A DNA stretch of 64,000 nucleotides from Antedon mediterranea (Eukaryota > Animalia > Echinodermata), in assembly GCF_964355755.1 (NCBI RefSeq), contig NC_092671.1, forward strand, positions 3,224,001 to 3,288,000, in the 5' to 3' direction. Both the position numbers and the translations under genes were made by a program. The notes below the pieces were generated by a model, which worked only from the letters and a program-made list of their open reading frames with translations, was not told where the DNA came from and did no database searches. Numbering within the stretch: the first letter of the stretch is position 1; the number at the start of each line of letters is the position of its first letter. Below, in pieces: positions 28,654-38,808 of this stretch.

Positions 28654-29921
28654 TTCTGCAATAAACAAAACAATCTCTGCAGCAGAACTTCATGTCTACG
28701 TAATTTTAGTTGAGGTGGAATACTATCTTGAGATGAGAGCGCGTGTTGTAGTATTTAGTCAGTACAGTTTATTTTTGTACGTAGGCCTATTGTTACTTTC
28801 TGTGGACCAGATATTCCGAAATATGAAATTGAATGAATGAATAATTTATGTTTGTCAACGTTTCGTTACGTAATTTGGAAATGTTACGATTGATATCAAT
28901 ACAAGCGATTTTACGTTGTATTACCAGGATCAAATATATTCGAACAATTGATGAAAGATGTGGATACTATTAAAAGGCAAGTTATTTCCGTACACGATAA
29001 TCGTAAGTAGCATTGTTATTGTTTTAATTTTTAAAAAGTATACAACGTACGCGTATGAGTGCGTTATTAGTGCGGTTCACATGGAACTATGTCTACTAGA
29101 AGAAGTGGATTTAACAATTTTCTACTTGACAAATCCTGTTCTTTGGTACAATTATGTCTAGTTAATTCAATTTCATAAAAACCTGGTATTGGAGATTTTA
29201 AATTCTATTTTATGTATAAAACCATCTCTTTCTTTTATTTATTCTGTATGTTGTTTACTTTTAACTTCTGATTAAAAACAATTGGTCATGTTACTTTCTG
29301 TGTTTGTTTTGTATTCTACTTTTAAGTATAGTAAATATGTTAGGCCTATCATCTTCTCTTAATATCTATTAGACCTCTGTCCTCGTCAGACAGTTCATTT
29401 AATTTTTTAGGACATTTTATGGAGTAGACAATGAAGAATAACCATATTCTTTGCAATTCAAATGTTAAATATGAAAATGAATCAATTGGGTTAAAACATT
29501 CTTCAATCTCATTGGTGCAAATGAGGCTGATGGATTACCCTCATAAAATAACTTGCTATCCTTGGATTTACTTCTAAATCCAAGCAGCAATAATTGTACA
29601 GAAAAAAACATCATCCGGACATAATTGAGCGTTCACATCCAAATTATGGCGAGATCATATAGATAATCTAGTTAAATTAACTAGCCAGAGTTCGATGTGA
29701 ACGCCACTAATTAGGCCTATACAATAGAATACATACTATTTGTAATATTAATAAAAACACCAATAATGATTTTGTTAAAATGGAATAAAGATATATTTAG
29801 AATTAAATGTCAACGGTTTTTTCACTTTTCCTTCACGTAACAAGAACAACACAAAATGTTATTGTAAATGGTTTTTTAAAAGTTATTTTTATATAATTTC
29901 TTTTGGGAAATTTCTTTTCAG

Positions 29922-31031
29922 AACAGTATATTACAAACCGTTTGAATGAATTAGAGTTAAGGATGATATACCGTCAAAGAAAAAAATACAAAAATAATAA
30001 ACTCAAAAAGCCATCAAAAGAAACATTGGTATTAAAATCAACAACAGCAACCAAAGTACAAATAGACACAACAGCAGTGGCAAGAACAACCGAAGCGGCA
30101 ACGCGGGAAACAATAACATCAAAGGTAATAACAAAAGGCACGACAAAAAAACCGGACACAATAGGAAAAACATCAGTAGCAACACACGCAACATCAACAG
30201 TAAAAGTAACAGAAATAGGAGAAGGAGATATGACACAAAAATCAGGGAAATCAGCACGAACAACAACATCACCTGCAAAAGCGACACTGCAAGCCATATC
30301 AGTAGCAAGGCAGGCAACACAATTTGGAGGAGCAGACAGTCACAAGGAAACAAATGTAGAGACAACTTCAGCAACAACAACAACTAAAATATCATCGGCA
30401 ACACCGGTAACAAATGCAGTATCTACAAAATCAACGACAACAATAAGAAACTGGAATAAACCAACTGTTGTAAAGATTACCTCCCAGTCAAACAGTTTTA
30501 TAGAAGATCAGAAACAGAATACCAAACCACGCCAAGAGAAAGAAAAGAAAACAGTTATAATTTGGAAATTAGACAGAAAAGGTGTTTACTCTTTATTATC
30601 TCGTTTATTTAGATAGTTTGACAAGTAGTTTAGGTTCTAAACCAAATTATTAGTAAAAAGATAAATATTTTGGCACATATGACGTTTCATACGTATAATA
30701 CATGAACTCGTATTTCCAGACACACTTGGGGAAAGTCTATCTGACAAATAAAACCGACGAATAAAAAAAAATCCAATACAAATGTATAAATAACTAAATG
30801 TTGAAACCATTTAAAACGAGTTTTTAATTATTCTTTCTTACATTTTCAGAACGATATATTTATGCTATTCCGATTTTGTTAGCTTCATCAACCATCATCT
30901 TGACTGTTCTGCTATTTTGTGTACGGTATATTTGTCGTGAGATAATTTGCAGAATTGAAGATGGTAATGTAGAAAGGTATCATAGAATATTGGGAACAAC
31001 CTCAAGGCTGGATTGGAGGACTTGTGGATAA
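29922..31031 (+). CDS. Thr/Ser-rich mucin-like single-pass membrane protein; exons 29922-30581 and 30850-31031; 5' (signal peptide) exon unresolved, candidates at 28958-29002 and about 29344-29392
   Basis: 660-bp phase-1 exon encodes a short coil, a basic patch and a Thr-rich stalk. The next exon encodes YIYAIPILLASSTIILTVLLFCV (TM helix) and a short cytoplasmic tail ending TAA at 31029-31031. The donor GTGTTT is weak. Confidence 0.6.
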
Positions 31032-31490
31032 AGATGCTACTTTGAACTAAAAGCACAACACTGCGCAATAGACAACGGAGCTTTGAGAGATGATAATCTG
31101 CGCGCACACAAATCTCAATCGCTTTGCTTGATTACTGGAGCTAGTGAATTACTGAACCCTGATTGGTTTATTTATTACAAGCACACCTTCAATGAGCTAA
31201 CATAAAATTTGCCAACTTATTGGATTATAGTTATTTGTTAAAATTTGTTAAATTATTTATAAAATATTGTATTCAAATTAAATGCTGTACCACTTGCAAA
31301 CTGTCCTCTTATTTTAAAAATAATATTGAGAAAGAGTTTTGTTTTTGTTGTTTAATTACTGAATAGAAAACGATTGATAAAAGAATCACCCACAGCTTTT
31401 TTTAGCCAACAATGCAGGGAAAAATTTAAATAAATTAAATAAATGCATGAATACTCGCAGTAGATGAATTTACATCAGGTGTGCGATCTC

Positions 31491-31498
31491 ATTTGCAT
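31491..31498 (+). promoter_or_regulatory. octamer (POU) motif about 100 bp upstream of the second LDLa gene ATG
   Basis: ATTTGCAT followed by AATATGCA; variant ATTTACAT at about 31468 and E-box CAGGTG at 31476. Confidence 0.35.
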
Positions 31499-31594
31499 AA
31501 TATGCACATTCACAATTTAGCTGTACAGCCACTTACGTCCATTCACTCGGTTGTGGTCATCCGATCCGCAGTGTCCGTCTAAAACAGCAAGAAC

Positions 31595-34500
31595 ATGTTG
31601 GATGTTCAAGTATGCCTGCTACTTGTTGCCATTTTCGCGCCACTTTCCTTGTCGTCTGAAGAACCCCATCGTAGGGTAAGTTGTTATATTTTTACTTACT
31701 TTATTGGGCGGTTAATGGCCTTTTATTGCGTATAATATTTTTCTTTAGCAGTTAGGAACTATATTATGACTAACCATAAACGTGACCACGGTATATTCTA
31801 AATAAGGCACGGTATATTCTAAATAAGGCACGGTATATTCTAAATAAGGCACGGTATATTCTAAATAAGGCAGGTTTGTACTTTACAGGGCTATTATAAT
31901 ATACTGTAGGAGTAATATACAAAACTTGTATTAGACGGGCAGGATATTGTGGCGAATTGCTGGCGTATTTATAAATATTGCTCAACGTATGCCTATCTTT
32001 ATAACATGAAATAATTTTCTACATAATAAGTTGACATTATCTAATTTAGATTTAACATACGCCATTTTGTTTATTCGTATACTTTGAATTGGTGGAGGGT
32101 GACTGTTTAAACATATATTGTTATACATTTTAAGCAGGCTTTAGTGCGGCGTGGAAATTGGGCCTATATTTTTGAATAACAATAATTTAGATATCGTACA
32201 TTTTATGAGCTTTCGACAGAATTGGACTATTTAAATTATACAACTGTGTGTTTTATTTGCGACTATTGATAGTTTAAGTTGTTCAAACAATAACCATAAT
32301 ATTTTTACTTTCAGACGAAGAATCCAAGTAGCTATGTGAAACGTGAAGGTAAAGTTAAAATATGAATTGTGTTATGGTTATTGTAGATAGCTAGGTCACG
32401 GTTACACATTACCTAATATTACTATTAAATGTATTATTACATTACAGTTCCTGGGCTCCGATTGGATGGGTTAGGTTTTCGTGTCTCAAAGAAAGGATAG
32501 ATATAAATATTAATAGGCATGCGCATTAACCAACGCTCCACGATTGAATTCAAAACCTGCTTATTTCATTTCACATTTCATCTATCGCTTTTTGATGAAC
32601 AACTCTAAAATGTATATAGGAAATATTTTTTTAAATTTTGTATCTATTATGTTGTGTTTATTGTTTTATGTTTTTTATGTAAAAGGGTCCTGCGAAAACA
32701 GAAGTGTAAACTTCTCTATGCAGGATCCTTGCCATCATTTATGCTATGAAACTGTATTTATAAACGATGAGTAAATAAATGTGAATTGAATTGAATTGAA
32801 TTGAATGCATGTTAATACAAATAATCTGTATATTATAGGATAAGAACCGAACCGAACCGAAACAGGTGTAGGCCACTGGTGGTCCAAGTACAATAGACAT
32901 ACAATAGGCGTACATTTAAATTTAGTAGTAAATTATTTCTATTTTTATATGCGAAAAACGCAAATCTTACTAGGTTATTGATTCTTTGTTTATTGTTCAT
33001 TAGTAAAATAAATTTATTGATTTAAAAAATAAGGTTTTAAAGAAAAACATTCTAAAACAAAATCATTTTTAACAACATTGCATCTTCGTTTTCCTATGAA
33101 TTCCTGTCCATCTACCCTTTTCGTTTCCAAGATCCAAAATTCATAACCTTGCATGATTTGTTTAAACTTGAATATAAATATGAAAATCTTCTAATTTAAA
33201 ATTCGGTAAAAGTTAAAAAAGTATATAGTTAAATACATTTCTATTTGTTTCCATTTACTTGTGCGCATGCGCATACGCATACTTCTGTAGCTGGGGCTAT
33301 TGTCGTATTGTGCTACGTCGTCCTTATATCCCTTGATTACCTTTTTGTTTATTTAGATTTATTTAGAAAAACATATTCGGGCGGGACAACCCAAATTATT
33401 CCTTTACAGAAAGGTGATGAAAGGTCAAAGGTTGATGTCTAACTTCAATTAACTTCAATTAACTTCGATTAATGTGCCCGTACTTGTATACTAGCCTTTC
33501 TTGTTTCCTAAGAACCCATTTCAAAATTGTATTTAAACATTGTACATAATCATAATAATCATAATCATTATCATTATTTTCACATTATGATTTGATTTTG
33601 TATTCGTATATACAAAAAGTGGTAAAAATGGTTTGTGTAGTTCTAACATAGTAGCACATGCCTTGTACATTTCAGATAGTTGTGAAGGATTTCGATGTAC
33701 CTCTGGACTATGTATCGATTTTGAGTATACTTGTGATGGGGATGCTTCTGACTGCCAATTCAGTGGCGAAGATGAAAACTATTACATGTGCCGCAACCGT
33801 AGAGAATGCAAAAGAGCTGACCAATACCTCTGTCCAAGCGGACGATGCATCAAATTCATCTGGATTTGTGATGAAGTGAACGACTGTGGAGATTTCGCTG
33901 ACGAGCCTGAGAGTTGTAAAGAAAGATCATGTGATAGCGATCACTTCCGATGTAGTACTGGGTCATGTCTTCCACGAGAGTTTGTCTGTGATAATCATGT
34001 ACATTGTAGAGATGGAGAGGATGAGTCCGAGTGTAATTTGGAAGTTGGCTGTAATGCTGATGAGTTTCAATGCGAAGACAAGTCATGCATAGCAAACACA
34101 AACGTCTGTGATGGCTCGAAGAACTGTTGGCCTGGTGGTGAGGATGAAGCGACCTGTAACATTGAAACCGGGTGTAAAGATGGTGAATTCCAGTGTGAAG
34201 ACGAGACTTGTATTCCAGAATCAAAACTTTGTGATGGATGGAAAGACTGTTGGCCCGGTGGTGAGGACGAAGGAGCTTGTAACATCGAAACGGGATGCAA
34301 AGATGGTGAGTTCCAGTGTGAAGATCAGACTTGTATTCCAGAATCCAAACTTTGTAATGGATGGAAAGACTGTTGGCCTGGTGGTGAGGATGAAGCGACC
34401 TGTAACATTGAAACCGGGTGTAAAGATGGTGAATTCCAGTGTGAAGACGAGACTTGTATTCCAGAATCAAAACTTTGTGATGGATGGAAAGACTGTTGGC

Positions 34501-37500
34501 CCGGTGGTGAGGACGAAGCAGCTTGTAACATCGAAACGGGATGCAAAGATGGTGAGTTCCAGTGTGAAGATCAGACTTGTATTCCAGAATCCAAACTTTG
34601 TAATGGATGGAAAGACTGTTGGCCTGGTGGTGAGGATGAAGCGACCTGTAACATTGAAACCGGGTGTAAAGATGGTGAATTCCAGTGTGAAGACGAGACT
34701 TGTATTCCAGAATCAAAACTTTGTGATGGATGGAAAGACTGTTGGCCCGGTGGTGAGGACGAAGCAGCTTGTAACATCGAAACGGGATGCAAAGATGGTG
34801 AGTTCCAGTGTGAAGATCAGACTTGTATTCCAGAATCCAAACTTTGTAATGGATGGAAAGACTGTTGGCCTGGTGGTGAGGACGAAACCGCCTGTAATAT
34901 CGAAACAGGATGCAAAGATGGTGAGTTCCAGTGTGAAGATCAGACTTGTATTCCAGAATCAAAACTTTGTAATGGATGGAAAGACTGTTGGCCTGGTGGT
35001 GAGGACGAAGCAGCTTGTAACATCGAAACGGGATGTAAAGACGGTGAATTCCAATGTGAAGACAAGACTTGTATTCCAGAATCCAAACTTTGTAATGGAT
35101 GGAAAGACTGTTGGCCTGGTGGTGAAGACGAAGCAGCTTGTAACATCGAAACGGGATGTAAAGACGGTGAATTCCAATGTGAAGACAAGACTTGTATTCC
35201 AGAATCCAAACTTTGTGACGGATGGAAAGACTGTTGGCCTGGTGGTGAGGACGAAGCAGCTTGTAACATCGAAACGGGATGTAAAGACGGTGAATTCCAA
35301 TGTGAAGACAAGACTTGTATTCCAGAATCCAAACGTTGTGACGGATGGAAAGACTGTTGGCCTGGTGGTGAGGACGAAGCAGCTTGTAACATCAAAACGA
35401 GATGTAAAGACGGTGAATTCCAATGTGAAGACAAGACTTGTATTCCAGAATCCAAACTTTGTGATGGATGGAAAGACTGTTGGCCTGGTGGTGAGGACGA
35501 AGCAGCTTGTAACATCGAAACTGAATGTAAAGACGGTGAATTCCAATGTGAAGACAAGACTTGTATTCCAGAATCCAAACTTTGTAATGGATGGAAAGAC
35601 TGTTGGCCTGGTGGTGAGGACGAAGCGACTTGCAACATCGTTACTTGTCCAAAAGATGAGTTTAAATGCCAGGATAACACTTGTATTGATAATCGATTGG
35701 TATGTGACGGCTGGAAACATTGTTACCCACACGGTGAAGACGAACAGAACTGTATAAGCTGCAAAGGCCAGTTTGAATGCAATGATGGATCGTGTTTAGA
35801 CACAAATAAAGTATGCGATGGTACGAAGCACTGTTTTCCAGAGGGCGAGGATGAGATATGCGTTATTGATCCATGCAAACCAGGCGAGTTCCAGTGTGAA
35901 GATGGTAAATGTATTGGCGCAGACTACGTTTGTGATGGATGGACACATTGTTGGCCAGGGGGCGAGGATGAAACCACCTGTAATATCGAAACAGGATGCA
36001 AAGATGGTGAGTTCCAGTGTGAAGATCAGACTTGTATTCCAGAATCAAAACTTTGTAATGGATGGAAAGACTGTTGGCCTGGTGGTGAGGACGAAACCGC
36101 CTGTAATATCGAAACAGGATGCAAAGATGGTGAGTTCCAGTGTGAAGATCAGACTTGTATTCCAGAATCAAAACTTTGTGATGGATGGAAAGACTGTTGG
36201 CCTGGTGGTGAGGACGAAACCGCCTGTAATATCGAAACAGGATGCAAAGATGGTGAGTTCCAGTGTGAAGATCAGACTTGTATTCCAGAGTCCAAACTTT
36301 GTGATGGATGGAAAGACTGTTGGCCTGGTGGTGAGGACGAAACCGCCTGTAATATCGAAACTGAATGTAAAGACGGTGAATTCCAATGTGAAGACAAGAC
36401 TTGTATTCCAGAATCCAAACTTTGTAATGGATGGAAAGACTGTTGGCCTGGTGGTGAGGACGAAGCAGCTTGTAATATCGAAACTGAATGTAAAGACGGT
36501 GAATTCCAATGTGAAGACAAGACTTGTATTCCAGAATCCAAGCTTTGTAATGGATGGAAAGACTGTTGGCCTGGTGGTGAGGACGAAACCGCCTGTAATA
36601 TCGAAACAGGATGCAAAGATGGTGAGTTCCAGTGTGAAGATCAGACTTGTATTCCAGAATCCAAACTTTGTGATGGATGGAAAGACTGTTGGCCTGGCGG
36701 TGAGGACGAAGCAGCTTGTAACATCGAAGCTGAATGTAAAGACGGTGAATTCCAATGTGAAGACAAGACTTGTATTCCAGAATCCAAACTTTGTGATGGA
36801 TGGAAAGACTGTTGGCCTGGTGGTGAGGACGAAGCAGCTTGTAACATCGTTACTTGTCCAAAAGATGAGTTTAAATGCCAGGATAACACTTGTATTGATA
36901 ATCGATTGGTATGTGACGGCTGGAAACATTGTTATCCTAATGGTGAAGATGAGGCAAGTTGCAACATTGTAACTCCTTGTAAGGATGATGAATTCCAATG
37001 CAATGATAAAAGTTGTATCGGAACATTGTATGTATGCGACGGATGGGTCAACTGCCTACCTGATGGTGAGGATGAACATAGTTGCCAACTCCAAGGTAGG
37101 CTTTTCGCCATTATCTTTCAACAATTATCTGTTGAAATATAGTGCCTCTCTCCATTTAAAATACATTCTGAAATCTTAATCTTATCTTGTATATATATTC
37201 ATATATACAATTTATTTTGTTTACACATATAGATTTTAATTGCATTAATATGAAATACATACAAAAATAGATACTGTACTAATACAAATAAAAGCAAAAT
37301 AAAGTAACTTGTTCATACCTTAGTTAAGCATAGTTAAGCTTAGTTACTTTTTTTTTTCTTTTTCACATTATTGATTGTCTCCATCCCCGAAACCTTGACT
37401 AAGAAATACCGGAATGGTGTCCGGCGGGGGATAGTTTATTACCATTAGTTAAGGTCCAATGTAAAGCACCTAGAGGGGTCAGTGATCCATTAGGCGCTAT

Positions 37501-38366
37501 ATAAATACTGTTTATTATTATTATTCTGTCAAAATTGTTTTGTATGACCAGCATAGCAAGGTGAAATAAAACGTACTGATTAACATACATTATATAAGAT
37601 ATGTTTATAAAACCAATGATTACTAAAGAATGACAATTCTATTCTTTTTACAGACGAATATGCCTTCAACGAAAGACTACACTCAATGGTTGAGAATATC
37701 GGAAAGCTGGCGGTGGAAGTTGAATTACTAGAAAAGAATGGTAGGTTCATTTGTTTTTCCAGAACGTGCATCCAATTCGACTTAATATTGGTAAAAAGAT
37801 GAACATTCTGGCACATATGGCGTTTCATACCTATGTATCGACTACATAAACAAACTAAGCCTTCCATACAACACAAATGTATCAAAATATGTAATGTTCT
37901 TTAAAGAGGAAAATAATTTACAAAATAGAGAAAATGTTTATATCTACGGTACAGCAATGTCCTCTATCCGTTTAAAATGTTATTGTTTTTAATTGCAGAT
38001 GAGGACCTTGCTAATCGTGTTGCGTATTTAGAAGAGCAGTTACAACATGTAGGTTATTATAACAGAAATAAGAAAAGGCATATCGTTAACACACTGTTGA
38101 AGAAGCGTCTCATTGCCCGACATCTAGATAACGGAACTTCTGAAAAACAACTAGATAAAAAGGCATCTACGCCCGCAGGTAAAGATTCGTCAAAGAAAGA
38201 ACTTGGATCCGACGGGCAACTCAGCAAAAATTCACCAACAAGTCATGTAAGATCAAGCAGACAACCTGGAAGCACCCAGCGACGCGACTCATCAAAGAAA
38301 AAAATAAAATCGCTTTCAACACGGTTAAACGAACTCCAATATCTGTTAAACAATGCACACAAGTAG
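31595..38366 (+). CDS. secreted LDLa-repeat protein (28 modules) with C-terminal coiled-coil/basic tail; exons 31595-31675, 32315-32348, possibly 33357-33413, 33676-37095, 37654-37740, 37999-38366
   Basis: Signal peptide MLDVQVCLLLVAIFAPLSLS; 3420-bp exon of LDLa modules; in-phase GT-AG junctions lead to DEYAFNERLHSMVENIGKLAVEVELLEKN|DEDLANRVAYLEEQLQ; no TM segment. Confidence 0.85.
31787..31872. repeat. 21-bp tandem repeat (CACGGTATATTCTAAATAAGG) x4 in intron 1 of the second LDLa gene
   Basis: Four perfect copies seen. Confidence 0.95.
34155..36845 (+). repeat. coding tandem arrays of a 123-bp unit (41 aa CKDGEFQCED[EQK]TCIPESKLC[DN]GWKDCWPGGEDEAACNIETG), 12 + 7 copies separated by three unique modules
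   Basis: GGATGGAAAGACTGTTGGCC recurs at a 123-bp period, with A/B alternation (246-bp period) in the first part. Confidence 0.95.
37455..37525 (+). mobile_element. LINE2/SINE-type 3' tail remnant
   Basis: GTAAAGCACCTAGAG...TTAGGCGCTATATAAAT...TTATTATTATTATT stem-loop plus (ATT)n tail. Confidence 0.5.
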
Positions 38367-38808
38367 CAAATATTTGCTTCCCATAATTAAACTAATGAAT
38401 GAGTTCCCAACTCATTAAAACTTGTACAGTATTAAGAAACATAACTACAACTTATCTAATGTATATTTGGTTTTGCTATTAAACCCGGAATTTGCTCTTA
38501 AACGGTGGATTGTATATTTGTTATTATCTGTAGTAAAGCAATCGTCTAATAGCGCCATTTCTGTAAACATCCTTTTCCAATCTATTGTGCCGACGACGGT
38601 GTCTTTAGACATAGGCATATTATGAGAAACAACAGTTGGCAAATGTATTCAATTATTTAACGTTTGCTCAACTCGGCAGAAACTGTCGATGTATTACCAT
38701 AACGGAGCTGTATGTAGGCCTACTTTAACATTGTTGTGAGCAGTTTTGTACACGGGATTGCAAAGGTTGTATACAGAAACCCTACTATAGGAACTACGAA
38801 TTTGGAAA

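Noticed and set aside
28422-28840. Gly/Trp-rich and Pro/His-rich ORFs
   Set aside because: Derived from the 21-bp minisatellite.
33856-36998. Multiple overlapping ORFs over the 123-bp array
   Set aside because: Same artefact; shadow frames of the LDLa exon.
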